Shown: positions 23,302 through 33,850 of the stretch, in pieces
Position numbering within the stretch: position 1 is the stretch's first letter
Layout of the letters: each line of letters begins with the position of its first letter
NCBI GenBank assembly: GCA_945923475.1
Contig: CAMELE010000010.1
Span: 1 to 60,564, forward strand
DNA length: 60,564 nucleotides
From: an uncultured Mollicutes bacterium
GTDB taxonomy: Bacteria > Bacillota_I > Bacilli_A > Acholeplasmatales > Anaeroplasmataceae
Direction of reading: 5' to 3'
Position numbers and translations under genes: made by a program
The notes under the pieces: model-generated
What the model saw: only the letters and a program-made list of their open reading frames with translations
Told to the model about the DNA's origin: nothing
The model's database searches: none

Positions 23302-23946
23302 TTAATTAATCAATAACTCTTGTGCGTAAGGGAGTTCTTCAATCCACTTACAGAATTCACGCCATTCAGGGAGACGATGATTTTTACGTTGTTTATAAAT
23401 ATTCCTTAAGCAACGATAATTTGTTGTCATACGTGCCGTTAAAGTAAATCCAGCAGGATTAGAATAAAGAATTTCAAGGTATAACTTTTTCAATAATTCA
23501 GATATTCTTGTTGCCTCAGCTGGCTTATTTTCTTTAATGTATTTTTCTTTTAATGCTACTTGAGTATTATAATAATCAACTTTTTCTTTCATAATCTTGA
23601 TAATTCTATCATCAACATATTCATTATATGCTTCATCAAGATTAAATTTAGTAATTCTATGCATTGTAGATTGAGAACTTACAAATTCTAAAAATCTATA
23701 ACGCTCTGCTTCAACCCACATTTTATTAGAACAAGTTAAATCAAAATTAACTCGAATACCAGTTAAAAACTGCCCATGGGCTTGATTATCTTTTACGCAA
23801 GCATTAATAAGAGTATTACAACGTTTAAAATCATTTTCATTTAAATCTCTATCCTATTGGCTTTCAATATCTACTGACATAGGATAGCCAGCAGCAATAA
23901 TTGATTTACCTAAATCATAAATACATACATTACTTACAATATTCAT
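23302..23946 (-). CDS. divergent ThyX-like (flavin-dependent thymidylate synthase fold) protein, one TAG
   Basis: The segment AHGQFLTGIRVNFDLT...AERYRFLEFVSSQS parallels ThyX GHE.PFEH..F.F...R..RHR.ASY.E.S, but His of the RHR motif is replaced (RYR). C-terminal H...EW helix is also ThyX-like. ATG at 23946 after GGAGG. Confidence 0.4.
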
Positions 23947-24227
23947 TAGTTTTCATCCTCCGATAAAGAGTAACCAATTACATTTCCTAAACATTTAACA
24001 AGTAATTCAATTTCATCAATTAAAAACTTCTGACTATAACCGCGTCCTTTGTAGCAATTAACAAAATCAGCATAAGACATAAAATTTAAATCTTTAAATC
24101 CATATCTTAATGCTTTATCCTACATCATAGCAGGGTTGGAACATACAATAGTTGCTCCTGTGTCTTTAGCAATCAAAAATAATCTACCTGTTTTACCAGA
24201 GCCACGCTTATCAATAACTCTATACAT
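23946..24227 (-). CDS. small hypothetical protein with a P-loop-like GSGKTG (93 aa, one TAG)
   Basis: ATG after GGAGAATAAA. TAA overlaps the downstream ATG. Confidence 0.35.
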
Positions 24228-24237
24228 TTTATTCTCC

Positions 24238-25236
24238 TTATTTAATACTATAACCAAATTCTTTTGCTTGATAAAATTCCTACCAATAATCTTCTCGACT
24301 ATCTAAAAGAGATTTATCACATTCTTCAAGAATTTCAAAAGTAAATTGTTCCGGTCCTAATTCATACATAGCCGGATAAAGTTTATTACGAGTTGGTGCT
24401 TCTGCTCCAACTCCACGCTTTATATGTTGTTTCCAACGATCAGCAATATTAACTGCCTAACCTATATAGCATTTTTGATTTTCTATATTGGTAATTTTAT
24501 AAATACCAGTATGGATACCTTGACCAATTACTCGACCAATTAAATCAGTATAAGATTTTTCATAATAAACTTTCCAAATAACTTTATTAATTGGTTCAGC
24601 ACTTCTTAAATAAGGAATAATTGAACGAAGTTTTTTAATTTCTTCAATATCAATTTCACTTAAATTAAGTTTATAAAACTATTCTTTTTGTTTTACTTCT
24701 TCGGCACGTTTATTAGCTTCAACAATAGCATTTTGTTTTGCTTTTGCTTCTACTAATTCCTGAGATATTTTATTTAATTCTTCCTATTTTTGAATAATTA
24801 AATTAGTATATTCTTTTGTGCTTTCTTCAATAGCTTTTAGATACTCTTGTTGATAATTATCTTCTGCCTATTGGTATTTCTATGCCATCTATTCAGCAGA
24901 CTAAGCGAATTTTTCAGAAGCTAATTCATTAGCTTTTTGGCAATACATTTCCGCATTTAAACTTGCTTGCTAATAATTATCATCAAGAATTTTCTTTTTA
25001 TCTTTTAAAAAATCTATTTCTTTTATTAATGAATTATAATCATTATTTAAATTAGAGATTTTTTCATTTAACTAATTTTGAATTTGAAGAAGTCTTTGAC
25101 TTTCTTCAATAATTTTTGCGTTTTCTTCTCTTGTTTGAGTATCTAATTCAATTGTGGCTTTTAATTTATTACGCAGGCCTAAATATAAAAGACCAGCACC
25201 AAGAAGAAAACATATTACGCAATAAATTATAGTCAT
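24238..25236 (-). CDS. TM plus long coiled coil plus C-terminal GIY-YIG/T5orf172-like nuclease domain protein (DUF4041-like architecture), about 8 in-frame TAG
   Basis: N-terminal TM helix IIYCVICFLLGAGLLYLGL and Q/E/K-rich coiled coil. C-terminal GIYKITNIENQKCYIG-TAG-AVNIADRWKQH is a GIY-YIG motif. Length is 999 nt (333 codons). Confidence 0.55.
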
Positions 25237-25237
25237 A

Positions 25238-25275
25238 TCTAAAAAGAAAAAGGGCAAATTACTTTGCCCTTTTAA
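25238..25275 (-). terminator. rho-independent terminator
   Basis: Hairpin AAGGGCAAAGTAATTTGCCCTT followed by TTTTTCTTTTT on the minus strand. Confidence 0.55.
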
Positions 25276-25288
25276 ATTTTATATTAAA

Positions 25289-25555
25289 TTACTCAGCGTC
25301 TTCTGCGTCAAGGTCAAGAACAAGACCAGCATCAGTAAGAGAGAGGAACTTTACAGCCTTATGAGTGCCGTCATCAAGTTCAACCTCAGCGGGAGTACGA
25401 ACGCCAAAACCCTTGCGCTGAATAGCAGAAGTAAAGATGCCATCAACAGTACGCTTCTCAAGACCGAGAGCCTCAGCAACATCAGCAGCGGTGACCTATT
25501 CACCATTAACACTCTTTAGATAACTAAAAACTTTCTTAGTATTTTCCTTCATCAT
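25289..25555 (-). CDS. GC-richer small DNA-binding-like protein (88 aa, one TAG)
   Basis: MMKENTKKVFSYLKSVNGE-TAG-VTAADVAEALGLEKRTVDG... is HTH-like. About 47% GC against about 30% surroundings. Has its own consensus promoter and terminator. Confidence 0.45.
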
Positions 25556-25629
25556 AATAAATAATAATCTCCTTAAATATTTTTTTTTATTTTTATTGTT
25601 TTTTTCTTTTTTAAGCATTTAGCTTATGT

Positions 25630-25665
25630 AAATATTCTACTAAAAAATTTTTTTAAAATCAAGAA
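25630..25665 (-). promoter_or_regulatory. sigma70 promoter
   Basis: Minus strand reads TTGATT-N17-TAGAAT, upstream of the 25289..25555 gene. Confidence 0.4.
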
Positions 25666-25850
25666 TTTTTTAGAATATCCTAAATAAGTTCATCCATAAG
25701 CATAATATCTTCCAAACTATCTACATGGCCTGAAAGTTTCATAATTTCATCTTTTGCTTGCTGAACTTGCTTCGGGTCTTCATTACGCTAAACTATCTAT
25801 TCTAATTTAGCAATTTTATTAGCTAAATTTTTTAGCTCTTTTCTTTTCAT
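25659..25850 (-). CDS. small hypothetical protein (63 aa, three TAG)
   Basis: ATG at 25850. Frame is open through three TAG to TGA. Confidence 0.3.
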
Positions 25851-25864
25851 ATAGAAAAATTTTT

Positions 25865-25905
25865 CTTCCTTATTTACGAATATATTATATTATTTTTTTT
25901 GAACT
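25865..25905 (-). promoter_or_regulatory. consensus sigma70 promoter
   Basis: Minus strand reads TTGACA-N17-TATAAT. Confidence 0.5.
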
Positions 25906-25908
25906 TTG

Positions 25909-27117
25909 TCAAAATATTGTATTCAATAAACAATCCTGTGGATTTTTATCATCACGAAATCCTTTAAAGAAAGCATGACGTAATGTATATTCCTTACTGT
26001 CTTTTTCCATACATTGTAAAGAAACTACTCTATTAAGATACTTTTCAGGATGTTTTGCAAAATCATCACGTAATTCATCAGTTAATCCTGAAGAAACTGT
26101 TCCAATTTCTACAATTTCACCATTGTCATTATAAGCTCCAATATGAATTGCAGTTTTCCATCCATAAAAATATCCTTTAGTAACTGGTGTATAATATCTT
26201 TCATTATCATTTACTAATTGAGATCCACAATTTGTATTGCTACGATTTTGAGTATATTTATAATAATAATTACCACTTAATAATTGAGGATTAACCCAAC
26301 CAGCAAAACAATGATCTTCTTCAAAACAATCATAAAAACTTGGTTCTTTTACTTCCCAATATTGCCAACTCTGGATTTCTTTACCTTCATATTCTTTAGT
26401 CGCATCATCAAAACCAATAAGAATTGCATCAAGATAATCAATTTTTTTAATTTTAATAGACGACCAAGCTGGTCTTTTATCAGGAGCATATTGAGCTGTT
26501 TTTAATTTAAGAACAACACCTTCTTCTCCGTCTTTAAGAGCTTGGGCAGTAAAATCATAAATATCTTCATATACTGCTTCAGCTAATTCCATAAAAGAAT
26601 ATTGACTAAAATTAAATTTTTCCCAAATTTTTCGTAAAATCTTATAACGAGTTAATGCACCATAAGATTGTAAATCTATGCCATTATATTTAATTACATC
26701 GTGTAAATAAAAATGAACTGGATTATCTTTTTGGCGATTAATAGCTTCATCAGCTAAACAACCCATTACTCGTGTTACATCTTTAGACGTTTTACCTGGA
26801 TAATAAATTTCACCAATTAATATTGTTCCTTTTGGAACAACTTGCAAAGCTTCTTTAATATGAGGAACATTTGCTAATTTTTCAGTAAGAATACCAGTAT
26901 TTTTACTGACATTCCTACTGAAAAGATACATATGATTATTAGTTTTTTCAAACTCATACCAATATCCATCTTTTTTTAATTCAGCAAAATAATTCCCATT
27001 AATGCACATTTCTGGAAACATATTTTCTTTTCCATCAGGAAGTTTCCAAATTTTCATCGCTTGAATACACTCGGCTTCAGGAGCATATTTATCAATAAGT
27101 TCTTGAGAGAAAGACAT
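25909..27117 (-). CDS. lig: ATP-dependent DNA ligase
   Basis: Adenylation motif I AELKKDG (KxDG) and nucleotidyltransferase/OB architecture. 402 aa, no TAG. Confidence 0.8.
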   Translation of the reverse strand: MSFSQELIDKYAPEAECIQAMKIWKLPDGKENMFPEMCINGNYFAELKKDGYWYEFEKTNNHMYLFSRNVSKNTGILTEKLANVPHIKEALQVVPKGTILIGEIYYPGKTSKDVTRVMGCLADEAINRQKDNPVHFYLHDVIKYNGIDLQSYGALTRYKILRKIWEKFNFSQYSFMELAEAVYEDIYDFTAQALKDGEEGVVLKLKTAQYAPDKRPAWSSIKIKKIDYLDAILIGFDDATKEYEGKEIQSWQYWEVKEPSFYDCFEEDHCFAGWVNPQLLSGNYYYKYTQNRSNTNCGSQLVNDNERYYTPVTKGYFYGWKTAIHIGAYNDNGEIVEIGTVSSGLTDELRDDFAKHPEKYLNRVVSLQCMEKDSKEYTLRHAFFKGFRDDKNPQDCLLNTIF

Positions 27118-27124
27118 AATTTAT

Positions 27125-27170
27125 GTACCTTTCTTTATTTATATTATATTAAAAAATTTTTTGAAATGCA
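27125..27170 (-). promoter_or_regulatory. consensus sigma70 promoter
   Basis: Minus strand reads TTGCAT-N17-TATAAT upstream of the ligase. Confidence 0.5.
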
Positions 27171-27172
27171 AA

Positions 27173-29506
27173 TCAAATTTTTGTAATTGATTTTACTCTA
27201 CTATTCTTAATTACTGATGAACCAACAGCATATTTAGAACCCAATGTAATATCTTTAGCAGAAATACAAATATTATGCTTATCGCCACCGATAAATAAAT
27301 TATCTGAATCATTAATTAAAGAGCCACCAATGATAGGGCCAGTCATTTTATCTACTTTATATAGATTAATACCGCGGCCGCTACGTTTTTGAGCAGGCAA
27401 TTCACTTAATTTAACTTTCTTAGCAAATCCATTTTGAGTAAATAATCCTAAGTAATCATTATTATCTCTTAATGGCAAGACACAGACAATTTCATCATCT
27501 ACTAAGTTAATGCCTTTTACGCCACTACTATTTCGAGAAGTAGATCCAATTTCATTACTATTAAATCTAATTGCATAACCATTCTTTGTAAGAATAATTA
27601 ATTGTTCATCTTTAATCAGAGAAACATTAGCTAATGCATCATTCTCTCTAATAATAACAGCAGACATACCAGTTTTCTTTTTTGTTTTAATATATTCTTC
27701 AAGAGTAGTCTTTTTAATTAAACCATTCTTAGAGGCAAATAAAACAAATTCGGCATTTGTATCTCTATAAATAGAATACATTGTAGTAACTTTTTCGCCA
27801 GGTTCCATTGTAATCAATGCTGAAATAGGAGTTCCTGTACTTGCATTTGTTCCTACTGGGATATCATTTACTAATAGGCGATACATTTGTCCTTTATTAG
27901 TAAATAGCATAAGATTATCAATAGCATTAGTTCTTAATACACAATAAGTAATATCTTCTTGTGATTTTATTCCTTTACCATTTTTCTTTTGGGTTTTAAA
28001 ACTGGCAATAGGAATACGTTTAATGGTTCCGCCTTCAGTCATTATGACTACACATTTTTCAGGTTCTACATTAATAATTTCTTTTTCAGCTTTTTCTTCT
28101 ACAATTTGTGTTAATTCAGTCCTACGATCATCGCCATATTTATCAACTAAATTTTTAAGGCGAGAACGCAATTCAGGAATAGGATTTTCACAAATGGCTT
28201 TGAGTTTAATAATTAATGCTTCAAGTTCAGCTTTTTCTTTTTCTAAATCCATTTTATCCAATTTAGATAATTTAGATAATTTCATATCAAGAATTGCCTG
28301 TGCTTGAATATCAGTAAATCCCCAAGAAATTAATGTTTGTTTCGCTGCACTAGGTGATTCAGATTGTTTAATCATTGCAATAATTTTATCAATCATATCT
28401 AATGCTTTTAAAAGCCCTACAATAATATGTAATCTATTTTCAGCTTTATTAATATCAAATTTACATTCTCTAATAATACAATTAGAATTAAAATCAATAT
28501 AAAGTTTGATACAATCTTTAAGATTTAATTCTGTAGGAGTTTTATTCACAAGAGCTACTTGATTATAAGAAAATGTTGTTTGAAGATTAGTTTTAGCAAA
28601 TAATTTACTTAAAACTGATTTAATAGGAGCATTTTTTTCACATTCAATAACAAGACGGAAACCTTGCTTTCTATTACTTTCATTACGAATATCTTCAATT
28701 CCAGTAATATCCCCAGCATCACATAACTCACCAATTTGAGTCATTAAATCTTCAGTAGTAATTCCATAAGGCATTTCAGTAAATACAATATTATTATTTT
28801 CAAATTTATATTTGCCTCTAATTTTTACAGAACCGTGACCTGATTTCATAATCGCTGGAATATCATTTTTATTAATAACTATACCACCTGTAGGAAAATC
28901 AGGGCCAGGAAGAGTTGGTTCTTTACCATCCATATAATCATAAATGGCTTGAGCAACTTCTTTTAAATTATGAGGTGCCCAAGAACAAGCCATTGCAACG
29001 CCAATACCAGAATTTGGATTACATAATAAATTAGGAAAAATAGAAGGTAACTCAACAGGCTCTTGCTTAGTTTCTGAATAATTAGGAATAAAATCAACGC
29101 TATTCTTTTTAATAGAAGATAGCATTCCTTCTTCAGTAATTTTAGCTAAACGAGCTTCTGTATAACGTTGAGCCGCGGGAGGATCGCCACCAATATTACC
29201 ATTTGCACCGTGGAAATCAATTAATGGATAACGCATAACCCAATTCTGGCTTAATCTAATAAGAGCACCATAAATAGAACTATCTCCATGAGGATGCCAA
29301 TCAGCCATTACATTACCAACAATATTAGCACATTTTACATGAGGTTTGTCATTTTTAAAACCACAATCATATGCTCCATATAGTATTCTTTTTGCTACTG
29401 GTTTTAATCCATCAGTAGCATTTGGAATAGCTCTATCAGTATTAACTGCTACGGCATATTCAATAAAATTAGTGCCTAATTCATGTAATACATCGTTATT
29501 CAGCAT
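27173..29506 (-). CDS. type IIA topoisomerase A subunit (GyrA/ParC-like; T4 gp52 analogue)
   Basis: DGLKPVAKRILYGA and active-site AAQRYTEARL. Start at internal ATG (MLNNDV...), 9 nt after AAGGAGG. No TAG. Confidence 0.85.
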   Translation of the reverse strand: MLNNDVLHELGTNFIEYAVAVNTDRAIPNATDGLKPVAKRILYGAYDCGFKNDKPHVKCANIVGNVMADWHPHGDSSIYGALIRLSQNWVMRYPLIDFHGANGNIGGDPPAAQRYTEARLAKITEEGMLSSIKKNSVDFIPNYSETKQEPVELPSIFPNLLCNPNSGIGVAMACSWAPHNLKEVAQAIYDYMDGKEPTLPGPDFPTGGIVINKNDIPAIMKSGHGSVKIRGKYKFENNNIVFTEMPYGITTEDLMTQIGELCDAGDITGIEDIRNESNRKQGFRLVIECEKNAPIKSVLSKLFAKTNLQTTFSYNQVALVNKTPTELNLKDCIKLYIDFNSNCIIRECKFDINKAENRLHIIVGLLKALDMIDKIIAMIKQSESPSAAKQTLISWGFTDIQAQAILDMKLSKLSKLDKMDLEKEKAELEALIIKLKAICENPIPELRSRLKNLVDKYGDDRRTELTQIVEEKAEKEIINVEPEKCVVIMTEGGTIKRIPIASFKTQKKNGKGIKSQEDITYCVLRTNAIDNLMLFTNKGQMYRLLVNDIPVGTNASTGTPISALITMEPGEKVTTMYSIYRDTNAEFVLFASKNGLIKKTTLEEYIKTKKKTGMSAVIIRENDALANVSLIKDEQLIILTKNGYAIRFNSNEIGSTSRNSSGVKGINLVDDEIVCVLPLRDNNDYLGLFTQNGFAKKVKLSELPAQKRSGRGINLYKVDKMTGPIIGGSLINDSDNLFIGGDKHNICISAKDITLGSKYAVGSSVIKNSRVKSITKI

Positions 29507-29714
29507 TGTAAGTTGCCTCCTTTGAATGTTCTTTAATATAGGCTTTTCTGGCATTAACTCCTTGGCCCATTAAATCTTCAAACAATTTATCAGTAGCTTC
29601 TACATCTTCTACAGTAATTTGCTTAATAATACGATTTTCTGGATCAGTTAAAGTTTCTTCTGTTTCATCAACATCCATTTCGCCTACGCAATCATCCAAT
29701 ATCACTATTGGCAC
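29496..29714 (-). CDS. small acidic hypothetical protein
   Basis: 72-aa ORF. Its stop overlaps the topo A start. Confidence 0.35.
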   Translation of the reverse strand: MPIVILDDCVGEMDVDETEETLTDPENRIIKQITVEDVEATDKLFEDLMGQGVNARKAYIKEHSKEATYNAE

Positions 29715-29827
29715 TGACTATTTCTTCACTCAGGCTTACGTATTAACTGCCTTCATTGTGCTCACCTTTTTGAAATGCGTATCAATAGCATTTCTACTCC
29801 CTAACAACAGGGATAGTCGATACAGGT

Positions 29828-30517
29828 TTAAACTATGATATTTTTCCAATTCTAATAAGTCCATACATTCGTAAATGAACCATATGTTATTTTATTAGAA
29901 TAGTCCTTATAAACTTCTCTTATATTTTCACCATTTTTACGACGTAATCTAATTTGATATACATCATTTTCATTTAAGCGAGAACGACCATTTTTACTAC
30001 CATTATTTGATGTATTATGTTTATGAAAATTTTTATTTTCTTCAGTAAATACTTCTGGCATAACATTTTTCCACGTTTCACCATTCCATATTTTATGAAA
30101 ACCTGATTCTCCAATTAAATCTTTATAATCTTCATAAACTTTATTTTTTCGTTCGTGATTATTATAACGAGAACGAATATTGATAACATCTTGTTTAGTT
30201 AATTTATGACTAGGATGACACTCTTCAGCATTAAACTATCCTCCAGGAGTCATATTATATTGGTCAGGATAAGTATTATAATATTTAATATAATACTATT
30301 CTCGTTCATTTAGTTGATTTATCTTACATTCTTCTAATACTTCAAATGTAAAATTTTCTAACCCAAATTCTTGGATAGCCTAATATAATTGTTTATTAGT
30401 TTCTTTATTCCAATTATATTGACTCTTATGTTCTTTAAATCGTTCTTCAATTTGAGTACTCTATCCAATATAAGAAAAATTGTTTATCTTATTTGTAATT
30501 TTATATATACCTATCAT
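29828..30517 (-). CDS. GIY-YIG homing endonuclease (free-standing, about 5 in-frame TAG)
   Basis: MIGIYKITNKINNFSYIG-TAG-STQIEERFKEH is the GIY...YIG motif. ORF 29852..30061 is its C-terminus. Length is 690 nt (230 codons). Inserted between the topo A and topo B genes. Confidence 0.75.
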
Positions 30518-30709
30518 TATAATTACCTCACTTAATTAGTAAGATAATATCATAGTTTCTTCCCACGAGATTATCTTCATTTATATTTAAATTTTATCCA
30601 TTTCAAGATTTCCTGAAATGTCCAAATTTTGAAGACTGCCTCGTTAGCCTATTACAATTAATAGACCCCACTGATAAGTGGAAAAGTGAGTAAGGGCCAG
30701 ACTTACTTC

Positions 30710-32419
30710 TTACCCTTTCATACGATTGACAGTATACTTTTTATCAGGATTTTCTTTACGAAATGTTTCAAGAGCTTCATCATTTTTAAGATATTTATAT
30801 TTTTTACCAATAGTAATTTTATAAAGGGGTGGTACACCAGCATATACATATCCATCTTTAATTAACTCAGGACAGAAATTCCAAATAAAAGTATAAAATA
30901 GATTTTTAATATGAGCACCATCAACGTCTGCATCACTCATAATAATAATTTTACCATATCGTAAATCTTCTGGATGATATGTAATTTTCATATTTTTAGG
31001 ATCAATAGTTAAGCCAAATGCTTGAATCATAGTCATAATTTCTGCATTTTTTTGAATTTTATCAAGGCTTGCTTTTTGAGTATTAAGAATTTTACCTCGA
31101 ACAGGTAAAACTGCTTGAAATTCATTATTACGAGCATCTTTTAAATTGCCGCTAGCACTATCGCCCTCAGTGATATAAATTTCACATTGATTACGTTTTT
31201 TACTATAACAATCAGCTAATTTACTATCGAATTTTAAAGCTTTTTGTTTTTTCTCATTTTGATTACGAACAGTTTCTCTGGCTTTTCTTGCAGCTTCTCT
31301 TGCACGACGTGCATTTAAAGCTTTATCAGCAATAATTTTAATTGATTTTTCATTAAGTTCAAGCCATTGTCTAATACTTTCAGTAATCCAAGGAGTAAAT
31401 GGAGACATATCTAATTTTACAATTCTACTCTTTGTTTGAGCATCATAACTTACTCCAGGAGTAGTAAGATTAAATACAAGATATAACCCTTCTTGACAGT
31501 CATCGCCCGATAAATTTTCTTCTTTTTCTTTTAACCATTTCTTTTCACGGAAGAACTTATTTAATTCACGAGTAAGGATAGTTTTAATTAAGGTAATATG
31601 CGGGCCACTATCAGTAAGTCCAGTATTTACATAAGGAACAATAGTAGATGAATAACTATCAGTATAAGTTAATTCAAAATCTAATTTATTTTTTCCTTCA
31701 TCTTTTTTAATAACTAATCTATTATCAATAATTTCAGTATTTTTAACTGCATCATTTACTAAATCAGTTAACCCGTTAGCTGAATAATATTCTTCACCAT
31801 TAAGAAGAATTTTTAAGCCAGGGCATAAACATACAAGAACTTTAAATAACTGTTTAATAGTATTTAAATTAACTTCTGTATGAGTAAAAAATTCTTCACT
31901 AGGCTGCCATTGAACTAAGGTTCCTGAAGGATTGTCTTTATTATTCCAATCTCCACATTCACGCTTAACAAATTCGCCTTCTTTAAACCAGATATGCTCA
32001 TATTTTCCGCCTCGATGAGTGATTACTTCAAGCCAATGAGACAAATATGTAGCTAACTTACTACCAATACCATTAAGACCAAGGGCTGTTCCTTCGTATA
32101 CACCGTCATCATCATATTTACCAGATGTATTCAATACTCCAAATGATGCTTCAAGAATAGTCTTACCATCTTCTCGCATTGCATTTGGAATAAAACCTTG
32201 TCCATTATCTTCAACAATAATTACATTATCTTTATTAATATCAACTTTAATAGTATCGCCATGGCCTGCTTTAAATTCATCAATCGCATTTGATACAATT
32301 TCAATAAGTAATTGAGTAGAATACTCAGTTGAGCCACAGTATACACCTGGTCTAAGACGAGTAAACTCTAATGGAGTCAATGATTGTATACTATCTTCTG
32401 TATATACTTTATTACCCAT
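30710..32419 (-). CDS. type IIA topoisomerase B subunit (GyrB-like: GHKL ATPase plus TOPRIM)
   Basis: GHKL ATP-binding motifs (GLNGIGSK), TOPRIM EGDSA, DxD. Confidence 0.85.
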   Translation of the reverse strand: MGNKVYTEDSIQSLTPLEFTRLRPGVYCGSTEYSTQLLIEIVSNAIDEFKAGHGDTIKVDINKDNVIIVEDNGQGFIPNAMREDGKTILEASFGVLNTSGKYDDDGVYEGTALGLNGIGSKLATYLSHWLEVITHRGGKYEHIWFKEGEFVKRECGDWNNKDNPSGTLVQWQPSEEFFTHTEVNLNTIKQLFKVLVCLCPGLKILLNGEEYYSANGLTDLVNDAVKNTEIIDNRLVIKKDEGKNKLDFELTYTDSYSSTIVPYVNTGLTDSGPHITLIKTILTRELNKFFREKKWLKEKEENLSGDDCQEGLYLVFNLTTPGVSYDAQTKSRIVKLDMSPFTPWITESIRQWLELNEKSIKIIADKALNARRAREAARKARETVRNQNEKKQKALKFDSKLADCYSKKRNQCEIYITEGDSASGNLKDARNNEFQAVLPVRGKILNTQKASLDKIQKNAEIMTMIQAFGLTIDPKNMKITYHPEDLRYGKIIIMSDADVDGAHIKNLFYTFIWNFCPELIKDGYVYAGVPPLYKITIGKKYKYLKNDEALETFRKENPDKKYTVNRMKG

Positions 32420-32909
32420 TCATATCTACTCCTTTTTTTAAATTAATCGGATCAGTTTTACCAGTAGCAATCATATCGGCCAATTCATTGCCTTTAATAC
32501 CAGAATGTCCTGCTACTTTGCGTAAATCAATTCTATATCCCTTTTTAACTAAATTATAGTATGCCTGAATTAAATCAAGATTTTCAGGAATTTTTTTATC
32601 GCTTTTACGCCATCCATTATTTGCCCATCCATACATCCATTTAGTAAATGTTTGATGTACATAAGAACTATCTGTATATACAATAGGAATAGATCTAGGA
32701 TCATTACCATATTGTATCATAGCATAGAGGACAGCTTTTAATTCTTGAATATTATTTGTAGTATTAGTTTCCCAATGACCATAAGCATCAATTAACTTAC
32801 CATTGTCATCACAGACTACTACTCCATATCCACCCTTGCTATTAGTTTTACCATTTTGGCTACAAGCTCCATCAGTATAAATAATCATAGAGAAGGTCCT
32901 TTCTGCCAA
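32412..32909 (-). CDS. rnhA: ribonuclease H (RNase HI)
   Basis: IYTDGACSQNG...YTDSSY and C-terminal GNELAD catalytic motifs. Confidence 0.85.
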   Translation of the reverse strand: MAERTFSMIIYTDGACSQNGKTNSKGGYGVVVCDDNGKLIDAYGHWETNTTNNIQELKAVLYAMIQYGNDPRSIPIVYTDSSYVHQTFTKWMYGWANNGWRKSDKKIPENLDLIQAYYNLVKKGYRIDLRKVAGHSGIKGNELADMIATGKTDPINLKKGVDMNG

Positions 32910-33475
32910 TCATGAGGATGCTCAGTGCGATACTGCTGAACTAATTGCTTATAAGTTCCATTCAAAAACTCTTCATTAATAATTGCTTTTGGATTAGTAT
33001 GATATTTTTTAAGAAAAATAAACACTACATCTACAAATTCTTTAACTACAGGATGCATAAGAACATGTTTACGCTTTTCAAGCCACCATTCATATTCTTT
33101 TGTATAAGTAAATTTAGAACCCATATAAGCTCGGGCTGCTCCAAGAAAATCACAAATCATTTCTACACAATCTTCATAAGGCATAAGAATTGCATTAGGG
33201 TGTCCATCACCAATATTGTCAATCCAGTATTCCCAATGGTGTGTATTACGACCTTTATGATGCTGCCAAGCTTTACTGTATCCATTTTCATCTTTGCAGT
33301 TATCTATTGGACTTCTATTGCCAGTCCAATGCTTACAACTCTCTTTAAATTCAATATTTGAAAATTTGGATAAGTCATGTTTAATTCCTCTCCAAGGAAT
33401 TCCAGCCATTCTACAATATCTATTAACCCATTTCTTATGAGTTAAGACAGTCTTCAAATGGTTGAAGTAATTCAT
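32885..33475 (-). CDS. hypothetical His/Trp-rich protein
   Basis: 197-aa ORF (KAWQHHKGRNTHHWEYW). Real start is the ATG at 33475. Confidence 0.45.
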   Translation of the reverse strand: MNYFNHLKTVLTHKKWVNRYCRMAGIPWRGIKHDLSKFSNIEFKESCKHWTGNRSPIDNCKDENGYSKAWQHHKGRNTHHWEYWIDNIGDGHPNAILMPYEDCVEMICDFLGAARAYMGSKFTYTKEYEWWLEKRKHVLMHPVVKEFVDVVFIFLKKYHTNPKAIINEEFLNGTYKQLVQQYRTEHPHDWQKGPSL

Positions 33476-33668
33476 CAAATTCAGTCCTTTCTTTTAAGAT
33501 ATCAATACCATCTATAAATAAGTTATGAATAATTATAATTTTATTATCAGGAAATTCTTTTTGTATATTTCTATAAATAGATAATGTTTCATCAACTGGA
33601 ACATCTTTATTTATATATACTAAAATTTTATCCTATTTATTTAATACTTTACAATCTATATCTTTCAT
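33435..33668 (-). CDS. small hypothetical protein (77 aa, one TAG); overlaps the next gene by about 40 nt
   Basis: ATG at 33668, about 10 nt after the -10 element of a strong promoter. Confidence 0.25.
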
Positions 33669-33674
33669 AATTAA

Positions 33675-33704
33675 TATTTTACCATAATTTTTCCTTAAAG
33701 TCAA
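33675..33704 (-). promoter_or_regulatory. consensus sigma70 promoter with extended -10
   Basis: Minus strand reads TTGACT-N17(…TGG)-TAAAAT. Confidence 0.5.
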
Positions 33705-33815
33705 TGAATGTATCTTGACCTTGATTTTCTTAAAATTTTTTTGTATTCTAAATATAGAAAATATCTATATTCTTTCTTATATATATTATATAATATTTTA
33801 TTAAAAAAATAAATA

Positions 33816-33850
33816 AAAAAATAAATGGAGGATTTCTCCTCCATTTATAT
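33816..33850 (-). terminator. rho-independent terminator
   Basis: Perfect 10-bp stem AAATGGAGGA/TCCTCCATTT, then a T-rich tract on the minus strand. Confidence 0.6.

Noticed and set aside
27173-29554. Topo A ORF starting at the far-upstream ATG (MPEKPILKN...), overlapping the 72-aa gene
   Set aside because: An internal ATG (MLNNDV...) sits 9 nt after a strong AAGGAGG and matches the GyrA/ParC N-terminus. The upstream extension overlaps the preceding gene in another frame.
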